The notes beneath the pieces were generated by a model, which saw only the letters and a list, made by a program, of their open reading frames with translations, searched no databases and had not been told where the DNA came from. Source: an uncultured Chloroflexia bacterium (GTDB taxonomy: Bacteria > Chloroflexota > Limnocylindria > Limnocylindrales > CSP1-4). From it: a DNA stretch of 64,000 nucleotides. The stretch lies in NCBI GenBank assembly GCA_963775225.1, contig CAVZHW010000002.1, forward strand, positions 211,909 to 275,908. Direction: 5' to 3'. This document shows, in pieces, positions 39,121 through 49,060 of the stretch; position 1 is the first letter of the stretch; each line of letters starts with the position of its first letter. A program made the translations under genes and the position numbers.

Positions 39121-40465
39121 ATGCCCGCTCGCACACGAGATCGAGTCGCGCTCGTAGTCGCCGTTCTGGCTTTCGTCGCCGGGGCGCTCGCCATGCTTGG
39201 CGACGCCAACGGCCAGTACGGTCCCTACGACATCCGCCTGGCCGGCGAGAAGTTGCTGCCGATTGGCCTGGCATTGGTCGCCGTCGGTGTCATGTGGCCA
39301 CTTACGGATCGGGGCCCGTTGCGCAACCTGTCGATCACACTCGCAGTCGCGACGGCAACTCCGATCCTGCTCGAGCCGGCCAGGATGACGACCACGCAGC
39401 CGGCAACGCTCGTCGTGTGGACGCTGGGCGCCGCCGCGTCGCTCATCCTCGCGTTCGGGATTTCGCGTGAGCTCCCGGCGCCGCAGGGCCGCACGCTCCT
39501 GAGCATGGCGGGCATTCTTGCTGTGACCGCGATGGCAGTCGGCCTCGTCACCGTGTCCGGGTCGCCGCAGGGCCTTGGCGCCGGGGCGTCGGGCTTGCTG
39601 CTGCTGGGCGCGATCACCGCACTACCGGGCGTGGGCGGTGCAGTCCTCCGTTATCGGACGCCCGATCCAGCGGCTGCCCGGGAAAATGTCCCGGACGCAA
39701 TCGAGCTTACGATCGCCGGGCTCACCCCGGCGATCGCATGGCTAACAGCCGCGGGCTCGGGCGGCGCCTTGAGCCCGCTCCTCCCGCTGGGCGTTTGGCT
39801 CGTGGCAGCGGCGATCGGAACCAGGTTTGCCATTCGTCCTCTCGTGCGATCTGCCGCCCGGGCGGCTGTCCAGCGAGACATGACCGTGGCGATCCTCGAG
39901 GCGGAACGCTCTCGGATCGCGGCAGATATCCACGACGAGGCGCTTCAGGACCTCACGCTCCTGGGATGGCGTCTCGATACGAGCGGCGATTTCGGCCAAT
40001 GCGGCGCTGGCTCGCCACGTCGGCGAGCGATTGCGCGCGATATGCGGCGATCTGCGGCTACCGATCCTTGACGACCTTGGGGCAGGGCCGGCGCTCGAGT
40101 GGCTCGTCGAACGCGTCAGGCCCATGGCCGGCGGAGAGGTCACGTTGGACCGATCGGATGGCAATCGGCCACCGCACGAGGTCGAACTGGCCTTCTTTCG
40201 TGTGGCCCAGGAAGCAGTCTCGAACGCAATCCGGCACGGTCAGCCACCCATCCGAATCAACTACTCAACCAATCCCCACGGGGCCGCACTGTCGGTTGAC
40301 GACGCGGGCCCTGGCCTCGCAAAGAGCGTCTTTGAATCGCCCGCGGAAGGTCATTACGGCTTGCTGAACATGCGTCAGCGAGCCGAGCGGATCGGCGGGC
40401 TCCTGGACGTCCAATCCAGGCCCGGCGGAGGGACGCGCGTTAAGCTCGACTGGCGGACGTCGTGA
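39121..40465 (+). pseudogene. NarL-class (HisKA_3) sensor histidine kinase interrupted by a +1 frameshift near 39960-39990
   Basis: Frame 1 (39121..40071) encodes the TM sensor part and the H-box ERSRIAADIHDEALQDLT, then runs into nonsense (TSGDFGQCGAGSPRRRAIARDMRRSAATDP*). Frame 2 reads sensibly from about 39975, as AAISANAALARHVGERLRAICGDLRLPILDDLG. It continues as the ORF 40031..40465 with HATPase_c blocks (FRVAQEAVSNAIRHG, DDAGPG, GHYGLLNMRQRAERIGG). The disruption could be genuine or a sequencing or assembly indel. Confidence 0.65.
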
Positions 40466-41097
40466 TTGGCGATAGGCCAGATTCAACCCGGCCCGGCGAC
40501 CAGATACGGATCGCCATAATCGATGACCATCCCGTCCTTCGCGACGGCCTGGCTTCGTTGCTCAACAGCGAGCCCGATCTCGAGGTCGTGGCCACAGGGC
40601 AGACAAGCAGCGACGCGGCCGAGCTTCTCGCCACGACCGGTGTTGACGTTCTCATTCTCGATGTGCGACTCGGCCAGGCCAGCGGGTTCGAGCCACTGGG
40701 TCAGCCGACGGGCCAGGCCACTCGTCCCGCCGTCGTCGTCCTGACCGCCTTCGACTACCCGCAGTACGCAGACGCGGCGCTGCGCCTTGGCGCATCAGCC
40801 TTCGTGCTCAAGAGTGCTCCGATCAGGGAACTGCTTGGAGCGATCCGTCGCGCCGCCGCAGGCGGACTCACCTTCTCAAGGCGTCCTGGCGCGACTGTGA
40901 CACTCACCCGACGTGAACTCGAGGTCGTCCGCCTGGTGGCTGATGGCCACTCGAACGATGAGATCGCGGTGGCTCTCGGGATCGCGCCGAGGACCGTCGA
41001 GACTCACCTGCGCAAGGTATTCGAGCGGTACGACATCGCGTCGCGAACCGAGCTCGCTGCACGCGCGATCAGAGAAGGCTGGCTCGAACTGCCCTGA
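40462..41097 (+). CDS. NarL/LuxR-family response regulator
   Basis: The GTG start overlaps the kinase stop (GTGA). Receiver blocks: IAIIDDHPVLRDGL, DVLILDVRL. LuxR HTH: LTRRELEVVRLVADGHSNDEIAVALGIAPRTVETHLRKVF. Confidence 0.9.
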   Translation: MIGDRPDSTRPGDQIRIAIIDDHPVLRDGLASLLNSEPDLEVVATGQTSSDAAELLATTGVDVLILDVRLGQASGFEPLGQPTGQATRPAVVVLTAFDYPQYADAALRLGASAFVLKSAPIRELLGAIRRAAAGGLTFSRRPGATVTLTRRELEVVRLVADGHSNDEIAVALGIAPRTVETHLRKVFERYDIASRTELAARAIREGWLELP

Positions 41098-41244
41098 CCA
41101 CGGCCGGTCGTTGAGCATGCACCTATAGACAACGAGCAGGGAACCTGAGACGGCGAGCGCGGAGCGGCGGCCGCCCAACGTCATCCGCCTCTGGTACCTC
41201 ACGAGGATGTCCGGGCCGGCTGACCATCCGTAGCGTCGCAGGCG

Positions 41245-42669
41245 ATGTCCGCTCGGAGACAGGGCCCGCGCCGTGGGCCGACGCGGCTGGGCTTTTCGCT
41301 GTTCCTGGCACTCGTGGCGCTGGCGCTCTTGGCGCCGGCCGGCTCGGTCATGGGCGGCCTGGCCAGCCAGCCATTCGTGATCATGCTCGGCGATTCGGCC
41401 GCGTCGGTCGCGGCGGTCGACGAGGACGCGGCCGTTCAGCGCGTGACGAATCAGATCCGCCAGATCGCGTCAGCGGCGCGTGTGACCACGACCAACGTTT
41501 ACCCGTACGTGAGCGCCTTCACGGCCGACCTCTCGCCCGGCCAGCTGCTGGCGCTCGAGCAGGACCCCGCGGTGGCCGAGCTCATCCCCGACCAACAGAT
41601 CCGACTTGACGACGGCACCTCGGCGGCGGCCGATGCGCCGTCCGCGAAGGGCGCCAGCGTGCACACCGTGCGCCACCCCAATCAGCGCGTGCCCCCCGGC
41701 GTACGGCGCGTCGGCGGCGGCGTGAGCACCCTCTCGGCTGCCCGCAGCGGCGGCCGTCGGGTGAATGCCGACGTGGCCATCATCGATACCGGCATCCAGC
41801 CCGATCATCCCGACCTGAACGTCGCCGGTGGCTACAACTGCACCAGTCGCAACCCGAACAAGTGGGCCGACAACGACGGTCACGGCACACACGTCGCCGG
41901 GATCGTCGGCGGCACGGGCCGTGGCGATGGCGTCGTCGGCGTGGCACCTGGTGTGCGCCTGTGGTCGGTCAAGGTGCTCGACGCCGACGGCTTCGGCTGG
42001 ATCTCGTGGCTGGTGTGCGGCGTGGACTGGGTGACCGCCCAGCATGACCCGCACAACCGTAAGAAGCCGCTCTTCGAGGTCGCCAATATGAGCATCAGCT
42101 ACGTGCGCGCGAACGGCAATAACCGCTCGTGCGGCGACCCCAAGGCGGACATGCTCCACAAGGCGATCTGCCGCTCGATCGACGCGGGCATCGTGTACGT
42201 CGTGGCCGCCGGGAACGAGGGCCACGACGCGCGGCGCAACCGGCCGGGCGCCTACGACGAGGTGATCACCGTCGGCGCGCTGGCCGACTACGACGGCAAG
42301 GGCGGCGGGCAGGGCAAGGTTGCCGACTCATGCCCGTACTGGACCGGCATGCGCGACGACACGCTGGCGCCGTTCAGCAACTACGGCCTCGACCTCGACT
42401 TCGTGGCACCCGGCGTCTGTGTGCTGTCGACCTGGATCCACGGCCGCTACGCCTACCTGAGCGGCACGTCGATGGCCGCACCGCACGTCACCGGCGCGGT
42501 GGCGGTCTACCGTGCCGTGAACCCGGGCGCCACGCCCAAGCAGGTCAGCGCAGCTCTCGAAGCGGCCGGCCGGCGCGACTGGCGAACCAAGACCTATCCG
42601 CGCGATGGCCGGCCGCCCAAGGCGATCTGGTTCGGCTCGCTGAGCCCCGCGCCGGAAACCGAGCCGTAG
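41245..42669 (+). CDS. Secreted subtilisin-like serine protease (S8) with an I9-like propeptide
   Basis: There is a signal peptide. Propeptide block: FTADLSPGQLLALEQDPAVAELIPD. Triad motifs: VAIIDTGIQPDHPDL, HGTHVAGIVGG, GTSMAAPHVTGA. Confidence 0.88.
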   Translation: MSARRQGPRRGPTRLGFSLFLALVALALLAPAGSVMGGLASQPFVIMLGDSAASVAAVDEDAAVQRVTNQIRQIASAARVTTTNVYPYVSAFTADLSPGQLLALEQDPAVAELIPDQQIRLDDGTSAAADAPSAKGASVHTVRHPNQRVPPGVRRVGGGVSTLSAARSGGRRVNADVAIIDTGIQPDHPDLNVAGGYNCTSRNPNKWADNDGHGTHVAGIVGGTGRGDGVVGVAPGVRLWSVKVLDADGFGWISWLVCGVDWVTAQHDPHNRKKPLFEVANMSISYVRANGNNRSCGDPKADMLHKAICRSIDAGIVYVVAAGNEGHDARRNRPGAYDEVITVGALADYDGKGGGQGKVADSCPYWTGMRDDTLAPFSNYGLDLDFVAPGVCVLSTWIHGRYAYLSGTSMAAPHVTGAVAVYRAVNPGATPKQVSAALEAAGRRDWRTKTYPRDGRPPKAIWFGSLSPAPETEP

Positions 42670-42745
42670 CGCCTGCGCACGTTGTTGGCGTCGCACGAGC
42701 CTGCCTGCCCGTCAGCGTGATGCCCTGCATGGGCCATAGCACGCC

Positions 42746-42880
42746 TGATGCGCAAAGCGGTTCAAGAGCGGCCGATTCCCTGCACAAACCTGGCTCACAG
42801 CGACCATTGCGCTGACTATCCCTGCACGAATTGCCGGTGCGCGATGCGCTGTGCGCATCAGGCGTGCGCGCATCAAGCGC
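42746..42880 (+). repeat. Rod-hairpin intergenic repeat element, copy 5
   Basis: TGATGCGCAAAGCGGTTCAAGAGCGGCCGATTCCCTGCACAAACCTGGCT...CCCTGCACGAATTGCCGGTGCGCGATGCGCTGTGCGCATCAGGCGTGCGCGCATCAAGCG. It shares the terminal TGATGCGC / GCGCATCA inverted repeats and the GATTCCCTGCA core with copies 1 and 2. Confidence 0.75.
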
Positions 42881-43001
42881 GGGTGGCAGGCTCGGCGCGC
42901 CCGCACACGGCGCTGCCTGGCTCAACGCCCTGTTCGGCCACGGTCCGTAACGTCCGTGGCACTCACAGCTAGCGGATCGTGGCTCAGTCCGAGGCGAGTG
43001 G

Positions 43002-43835
43002 CTACCAGGCCGCCAGCAGGAAATCGAGCACGAGCTGATTGAACTCGGCCGGGCTCTCCAGGCTGACCATGTGCGCCACGCCCTCGAAGACCTTCTTCTT
43101 CGCGCCTGATATCTCGCCGGCCATGCGCTCCCCCGCGGCAATCGTGTCGAGTGTGTCCAGGGTTCCCCAGGTGAGCAGCGTGGGAACTTTCACTTCTGCC
43201 AGCCGGCCGACCGCCGGCGGGTCGGTGCGGCGCACCTGGTCGGCCTCCTGCTCGGCGCGATAGTTCTCGAGGTTCCACTCGATCATTCGCCGGCGGACAT
43301 CAGGATCGACGCGATCAGGCGGCTGCCCGACGCCGTCGGTCCAGACCTGTGTCTCGAGTTCTACCAGGGCTTCCCAGTCGCGCGCCTTCCACAGCCGCTC
43401 CTCCGCCTGCCAGGTCTCGGTGAGGCGCGGGTCGTCGGCGTCGAAGCCGCCCAGCCCGGCGGCCACGAGGACCAGTGAGCGCACCCGGTCCGGGTGCTCG
43501 AGGGTGAAATCGAGCGCGATCGAGCCTCCGCGGCTCGCGCCGAGCAGGTGCGTGCGCTCGGACCCGACGTGGTCGAGGACGTGGAGCAGGTCGTCGGCAT
43601 TCGAATACGAAACGTCCTCGGTCAGCGTGCGGCCCCAGCCGCGCGTGTCGTACCTGATCACCCGGAAGTGATCGCGCCACGCGGCGACCTGCTCATCCCA
43701 CATGCGCAGATGGGCCACACCGGCATGGATGAGCGTGAGATCCGGGCCGCTGCCCTCGACCTCGTAGTAGATGCGCGTGCCGGGAAACTCGACGAAGCCC
43801 GCATCGACCTGGCTCATGCTGCCTCCCTCACTCAT
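43002..43835 (-). CDS. Alpha/beta-fold hydrolase
   Basis: HAGVAH oxyanion-region-like block; the nucleophile elbow is GASRGG (G-x-S-x-G). The C-terminal block VFEGVAHMVSLESP contains the catalytic His. The start overlaps the upstream stop (ATGA). Confidence 0.8.
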   Translation of the reverse strand: MSEGGSMSQVDAGFVEFPGTRIYYEVEGSGPDLTLIHAGVAHLRMWDEQVAAWRDHFRVIRYDTRGWGRTLTEDVSYSNADDLLHVLDHVGSERTHLLGASRGGSIALDFTLEHPDRVRSLVLVAAGLGGFDADDPRLTETWQAEERLWKARDWEALVELETQVWTDGVGQPPDRVDPDVRRRMIEWNLENYRAEQEADQVRRTDPPAVGRLAEVKVPTLLTWGTLDTLDTIAAGERMAGEISGAKKKVFEGVAHMVSLESPAEFNQLVLDFLLAAW

Positions 43836-44980
43836 GCTGTCTCCCTCAATAGCTCCAGCGCCCCGTCCAGGGCGCGCTCGGCGGTCGTTTCGTTGGCTGC
43901 CCGCACGTCCGGCGTGTCGGCCGGCACGAGATCGTCAGGGTCGATGAACAGCGCCGGCGCCGGCGACTGCCCGTACTGCTCCGCCTCGTCCTCCCAGCGC
44001 GCGCGCCAGTCCGCGTCCGTTTCCTGCGGCGGTTCGCGATGCGCCTGGGCCAGCCACACCAGCGTCCACGAGCGCGGCACGACCCGGTATGCGTCGTAGC
44101 CACCGCCGCCGGTCGCCAGCCAGCGGCCCTTGGTATGGCGGTGCGCGATCTGGTCGAGCAGCACCGTAGCTTCCCGGTAGGCAGCGGTCGTCAGGCGCAG
44201 ATGGGCGAGCGGGTCGTACACGTGCGAGTCGCAGCCGTGCTGCGAGACGAGGAAGGTGGGCGCGAACGCGTCGGCGAGCGCGGGCACGACCTTGTGAACC
44301 GCGGCCAGCCACGAGCCGTCGCCGCTGTACGGCTGGAGCGGGACGTTGACGGCCGTACCGCGCGCGGCGTCGCCGCCACGCTCATCGACGAAGCCGGTGC
44401 CGGGAAACAGCGTCAGCCCGGTTTCGTGGATCGACAGGGTGAGGACCTGCGGGTCGTCCCAGAAGAGCGCCTGCACGCCGTCGCCATGATGCACGTCGAG
44501 GTCCACGTACAGCACGCGGTGTCCGGCGTCGCGCGCGCGGGCGACCGCCAGCGCGACGTCGTTGTAGATGCAAAAGCCTGACGCGCGTGCGGCCATCGCG
44601 TGGTGGAGTCCACCGCCGGGGTGGAAGGCATGCTTCACCTCGCCCGCGAGGATCCGATCGACCGCGTCGATCGAACCGCCGGCCACGGTTGCCGACGCCT
44701 CATGGATGGCGTCGAACGGCGGGCAATCGCCGGGTCCGATGCCGGCGGCCGGCGGGCGCAGCGGATGGTGCTCAAACGAGCGCACGGTGTGGATGTAATC
44801 GGCGGTGTGCAGGCGGCGGAGTTCTTCGTCGGTGGCCAGGCGCGGCGCGACGAAGTTGTCCGCCCCGAGCGTGCGCAGCAGCTCGATCGACGGTCCAAAG
44901 CGACGCGGCGTCAGTGGATGCTCGGGCCCGAAGTCGTACTCGAGGCTGGCCGGACCGTAGACCAGCAGCGGCTGGCTCAC
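43832..44980 (-). CDS. Histone-deacetylase-family enzyme (AcuC / acetylpolyamine amidohydrolase-like)
   Basis: This is the ORF 43832..45262, trimmed to GTG at 44980, which overlaps the upstream stop (GTGA). Motifs seen: HPGGGLHHAM, FCIYNDVALA, YVDLDVHHGDGVQ, and the SQHG and GGGGY blocks. Confidence 0.85.
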   Translation of the reverse strand: MSQPLLVYGPASLEYDFGPEHPLTPRRFGPSIELLRTLGADNFVAPRLATDEELRRLHTADYIHTVRSFEHHPLRPPAAGIGPGDCPPFDAIHEASATVAGGSIDAVDRILAGEVKHAFHPGGGLHHAMAARASGFCIYNDVALAVARARDAGHRVLYVDLDVHHGDGVQALFWDDPQVLTLSIHETGLTLFPGTGFVDERGGDAARGTAVNVPLQPYSGDGSWLAAVHKVVPALADAFAPTFLVSQHGCDSHVYDPLAHLRLTTAAYREATVLLDQIAHRHTKGRWLATGGGGYDAYRVVPRSWTLVWLAQAHREPPQETDADWRARWEDEAEQYGQSPAPALFIDPDDLVPADTPDVRAANETTAERALDGALELLRETA

Positions 44981-45603
44981 TCGCCGGCCGGCTCCCAGCC
45001 ACTGCGCGCCAGGGCATCGTGCCACGCATCGGCCGGCAGCCGGCCGGCCTCCAGCTGCGCGGCATACAGACCGACCAGCCGGCTGAACGGCTCGATGTCG
45101 CCGTCGGGCAGCTCGAGCACGGTGGCATCGTCGGGCAGCGCCGCGCCGGGGGCGTCGCGCGCAACGACGACGATGAACGCGGCGCCGTGATAGGTGGCGG
45201 CCTCGGCCGCGGCCGCGAGCGGCGCCGGCGCGAGCGGCTCGCCGGCGACCAGTACCTGGCAATCGGCCAGGTAGCTCAGCCCGAGCGCCACGTCGGCGGC
45301 GTCGAGGTGCGGCGCAGGTGCGTCAAGGTCGGGCACGTGAGCGTCCGCTGGGGGCCCGGACGGCTCGTCCGCTGCGGTGGTCTCCCGTGGCGTGGCCGCC
45401 GCGGGGTCGCGCAGCAGCGCGGCGTGCCCGATGCCGTGACGGCCGAGTTCGAGCGCGACGTGCTCCCCGTCGGCGTCGTCGCCAACCGAGCCAACCAGCT
45501 CGACCCGCGCGCCCGCCTCGGCCGCCGCCAGCGCGATCCGTGCCGGCGCGCGGGCAAGGTCGCCGTCGGCACTGAGACCGGGCCGCCCGACAACGACGAT
45601 CAC
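44977..45603 (-). CDS. Hypothetical protein with a PfkB/ribokinase-like N-terminal half (short or degenerate)
   Basis: MIVVVGRPGLS...ARIALAAAEAGARVELVGSVGDDADGEHVALELGRHGI resembles the N-terminus of PfkB sugar kinases. No C-terminal DTxGAGD-type ATP motif is present. Confidence 0.4.
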   Translation of the reverse strand: MIVVVGRPGLSADGDLARAPARIALAAAEAGARVELVGSVGDDADGEHVALELGRHGIGHAALLRDPAAATPRETTAADEPSGPPADAHVPDLDAPAPHLDAADVALGLSYLADCQVLVAGEPLAPAPLAAAAEAATYHGAAFIVVVARDAPGAALPDDATVLELPDGDIEPFSRLVGLYAAQLEAGRLPADAWHDALARSGWEPAGE

Positions 45604-45640
45604 GCGGTCCGCGCGACTCTCATCTGGGCGGGTGCGTCGA

Positions 45641-47209
45641 TCAGCCGGGACTTGCGTCGGCCGGCACGACGGTCAGCTCACCCAAGCCGGCGTCGCGCAG
45701 CGGCCCCGCGACCTGGCTGGCGTCGCCGACGACCACGATCGACAGGTCATCGGGACGCACGTGCCGGCGCGCCGCCGCGAGCACGTCGGCGCTCGAAACA
45801 CGCGCGATCATCGGCCGATAGCGGTCGAGCTCGTCGTCGGGCAGGTTGAGCACGACCAGGCCCGACAACGCGGCCACAACCTGGCCGGCGCTCTCGAAGC
45901 GCAGCGGGAAGACGCCCTCGAGGTAGTCGCGCGCGACGCCGATCTCCTCGGCAGTGACCGGTGCTTCGCGGATGGCGCGCACGATCTGGAGCGCATCGAC
46001 GATCGCCGGCGCCGTGGCCGCCGTCTCGACCGCCGTACGGATGACGAACGGACCCGCGTGGCCGCGCATATCGAACGAGGAATGGATGCCGTAGGTGTAG
46101 CCCTTCTCTTCGCGAATGACGCGGTTCAGGCGCGAGTTGAAGGTGCCGCCGAGGATCGCGTTGAGTACCGAGATGGTGTGGAAGTCGTCGGTCCGGCGCG
46201 AGACGCCGATGTGCCCGATGCGCAGCTCCGACTGCGGTGCCCCGGGCCGGTCGACGAGCACCAGCTGCGGCCGCGCCGGGTTGGGTGCGACATCGCCATC
46301 GGCCGGCGACCCAGCTGGACCGGCGGGCGAACCGGGCAGCGAACCGAGATGCTGCGCGGCCAGCTCCTCGACCCGCAGGCCGGTCAGGTCACCGGCGACC
46401 ACCAGCGTCGCGGTCGAGGGGTCGAGTAACTGCCGGTGGCGCTCGACGATCGCCTCGCGATCGAGTGGCCGGATGGTCGGCGGGATGCCGCCCAGCGGGC
46501 GGCTGTACGGCGTTTCGGGCGCGTAGATCGTCTCGGGGAAGACGCGCTCGGCACGGCGCCGCGCGTCGGCCCACGCCTGGAGCAGGTCGTTGAGCCGTTC
46601 GTCGCGCAGGCGCGCGATCTCGTCGGCCGGGAAGGCGGGCTCGAAGCACATCTCGGCGAGCAGCGCGAGCGCCGCGCCGAACCGCGAGCGCGGCACATCG
46701 AGCCCGGCCGATAACGCCTCCCAGCTGGCCTCCGCGTGGATCTCGGCGCCCAGGCGCTCCGACGCCTCGATGAATTCGTTCGCATCGCGCCGTTGCGTGC
46801 CTTCGGGCATCGCGCGCGCGGTGAGCACTGTCACCCCGCCGCGGTCGGCCGGCTCGGTCCACGCGCCACCGGGGAAGATCAGCTGCGCCGCGAGCAGTGC
46901 GCGGCCGGGCACGTGCGCGCTGAGTACGGTCAGGCCGTTGGCCAGCCGGCTGCGCTCGAAGCGTGGAAAGTGGTACTCCCGTGGCGCGCCGGGCTGCGGC
47001 CGCGCGTCGAGCACCGACAGGTCGACCTCCGTCGCGGCGATGACGGTTGCCGAAGGTGGTTCTGCGACGAGGCCGTCGCTGGTCGGCTGGTCGAGCGGGC
47101 CGACCGGCAGCTCGGGTGATATGTCAGTCGTCGACGGCGGCGTGTGCTCTACGTCGGTGCCCACCGGCTGGTCGGTCAGGAAACCGCGCTCGCCCTCGTC
47201 GGGGGTCAT
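45641..47209 (-). CDS. M16-family peptidase, non-catalytic subunit (no HxxEH motif)
   Basis: The start overlaps the upstream stop (ATGA). The position that carries HxxEH in active M16 enzymes reads GGVTVLTARAMPEGT. Conserved M16 C-terminal domain blocks are present. Confidence 0.8.
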   Translation of the reverse strand: MTPDEGERGFLTDQPVGTDVEHTPPSTTDISPELPVGPLDQPTSDGLVAEPPSATVIAATEVDLSVLDARPQPGAPREYHFPRFERSRLANGLTVLSAHVPGRALLAAQLIFPGGAWTEPADRGGVTVLTARAMPEGTQRRDANEFIEASERLGAEIHAEASWEALSAGLDVPRSRFGAALALLAEMCFEPAFPADEIARLRDERLNDLLQAWADARRRAERVFPETIYAPETPYSRPLGGIPPTIRPLDREAIVERHRQLLDPSTATLVVAGDLTGLRVEELAAQHLGSLPGSPAGPAGSPADGDVAPNPARPQLVLVDRPGAPQSELRIGHIGVSRRTDDFHTISVLNAILGGTFNSRLNRVIREEKGYTYGIHSSFDMRGHAGPFVIRTAVETAATAPAIVDALQIVRAIREAPVTAEEIGVARDYLEGVFPLRFESAGQVVAALSGLVVLNLPDDELDRYRPMIARVSSADVLAAARRHVRPDDLSIVVVGDASQVAGPLRDAGLGELTVVPADASPG

Positions 47210-48552
47210 GCCGCCGCCTCGTCGCTCTCGGCAGTTTCGGGGACGTAGGTCAGCACCACGCGGTTGTCGGCGCGGAAAACGTCACGGGCGACGGCCCGGA
47301 TCTGGTCGGCCGTGACCGCCAGGTAGCGTGGCAGCATCTCGTTGACCATCTCCGGGCGGTCGAACAGCGCCGCGAACATCGACAGCCGGTCGGCGACCTC
47401 CTCGACGCGGCCCAGCGCGCCCAGCTCGCTGGCCTCGATAAGTGCCCGCGCGCGGGCCAGCTCATCGTCGGTCACCGGCTCGTCGACCAGCCGCTGCAGC
47501 TCGGCGAGAAAGGCCGCCTCGCACGTTTGCGCGTCGCTTTCCGGGCGTACCGTCACCCAGCCGCCGAAGAAGCTGCCGCCACCGACGAGCGGCAGCGCGA
47601 AGGCGGTCGCGTCCTGGGCGATGCGCTGTTCGCGCACCAGGCTTCGGTAGAGCCGTGAACCGCGGCCGCCGGCCAGGATCTGGCTGGCGACCTCGAGCGC
47701 GTCGAATTCCGGCGTGCCGAAGGGCGGGCAGCGAAAGCCGATGTGCACGCGCGTCAGCGGCACGCGGTCGGGCACCACCTCGCGCACTTCGCGGCCGATG
47801 TGCGGCGCGACGGTCGGCAACGGTGGCTGCGTCAGCCCGGGGTTGGCCGGGATCGGCCCGAAGAAGCGCGCGGCGGCGGCGTGCGCTTCCTCCTCGTCGA
47901 CGTCGCCGACGATCGACAGCACCGCGTTGTTGGGCGCGTACCAGCTGCGGAAGAAGTTGCTGACATCCTCGACGCTGGCCGCGTTGAGGTCCGCCATCGA
48001 GCCGATCGGCGTGTGGTGGTAGGGGTGCTCGGGCGGGAAGACCGACGCCATCAGCTTCTCGTAGAAGGAGCCGTAGGGTCGGTTGTCGTAGCTCTGGCGC
48101 TTCTCGTTCTTGACCACCTCGCGCTGGTTGTCGAGGTTCTCCTGGTCGAGCGCGTCGAGCAGCGTGGCCATGCGGTCGGCCTCGAGCCACAGCGCCAGCT
48201 CGTACTGATGCGAGGGCAGCGTCTCGAAGTAGTTGGTCCGATCGAAGTAGGTCGTCGCATTGTTCACGCCGCCGGCACTCTGGATGATGCTGAAGTGCTC
48301 GGTCTTCGACACGTGCCGCGAGCCCTGGAACATGAAATGCTCGAACAGGTGCGCGAAGCCCGTCCGGCCGGGCTGCTCGTGGCGCGAGCCGACCACGTAC
48401 CAGATGTTGATCGCGACCACGGGTGCCAGATGATCCGGCGCCACGATCACGCGCAGGCCGTTGGCCAGCCGGCGCTGGCTGAAGTGGATGATGGGCAGGT
48501 CGGTGGACGACGCGGACGCCTCGGCCGGCGACGCGGGCTGGAGCTGGGCCAT
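47206..48552 (-). CDS. M16-family zinc peptidase, catalytic subunit
   Basis: This is the ORF 47206..48705, trimmed to ATG at 48552 (alternative ATG at 48570). The longer 5' part lies in a 51-bp-period direct repeat. The zinc motif is GFAHLFEHFMFQGS (HxxEH). RRLANGLRVIV is at the N-terminus. Confidence 0.85.
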   Translation of the reverse strand: MAQLQPASPAEASASSTDLPIIHFSQRRLANGLRVIVAPDHLAPVVAINIWYVVGSRHEQPGRTGFAHLFEHFMFQGSRHVSKTEHFSIIQSAGGVNNATTYFDRTNYFETLPSHQYELALWLEADRMATLLDALDQENLDNQREVVKNEKRQSYDNRPYGSFYEKLMASVFPPEHPYHHTPIGSMADLNAASVEDVSNFFRSWYAPNNAVLSIVGDVDEEEAHAAAARFFGPIPANPGLTQPPLPTVAPHIGREVREVVPDRVPLTRVHIGFRCPPFGTPEFDALEVASQILAGGRGSRLYRSLVREQRIAQDATAFALPLVGGGSFFGGWVTVRPESDAQTCEAAFLAELQRLVDEPVTDDELARARALIEASELGALGRVEEVADRLSMFAALFDRPEMVNEMLPRYLAVTADQIRAVARDVFRADNRVVLTYVPETAESDEAAA

Positions 48553-48616
48553 GCCCCGATTGTGACGCATCGCCAGCTTCCGTACGCGAACGCCCGGACT
48601 TTGGCGGGCCGCACTT

Positions 48617-48699
48617 GGCGTCAGCTGCGCACCCCACGCGTAGGTGGCCCGCGCACCGCCCGAATTCGGCGTCAGCTGCGCACCCCACGCGTAGGTGGC
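48617..48699. repeat. Direct repeat, 32 bp in 2 copies (GGCGTCAGCTGCGCACCCCACGCGTAGGTGGC), period 51 bp
   Basis: Direct reading at 48617-48648 and 48668-48699. Confidence 0.9.
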
Positions 48700-48817
48700 T
48701 CCCATTTGCGCCGAAAGCGACGCCTGGGCCTGGTTCGGGCGTTTCTACTGCGCGCCTGGTGCGCAAGTGGCACCAGCGAAAGCCGCCGACCAGCCGTGTC
48801 GTCCTCCTTTTCCCGCG

Positions 48818-48933
48818 TGATGCGCGCAGCGGTTCAACATTGGGCCATTCCTTGGACAAACCGGCCTCAAATCGGCGTTTTGAGAGCACTTTGCGCAGGG
48901 ATTTGCCCGACATCGATGCGGCACGCGCATCAA
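48818..48933 (+). repeat. Rod-hairpin intergenic repeat element, copy 6
   Basis: TGATGCGCGCAGCGGTTCAACATTGGGCCATTCCTTGGACAAACCGGCCTCAAATCGGCG...GCGCAGGGATTTGCCCGACATCGATGCGGCACGCGCATCAA. The terminal inverted repeats and overall layout match copies 1, 2, 5 and 7. Confidence 0.8.
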
Positions 48934-49060
48934 CCGTCGGTGGCGATGGTTCGGCGGGGCGTGGACAACGGCAACCGCGACAGCGACCGCAACTGCAACC
49001 GCGACCGCGCACCGTGATCGGCTTCAACTAAGCTCCGGGCACGAGCCAGGCGCCAACCGC

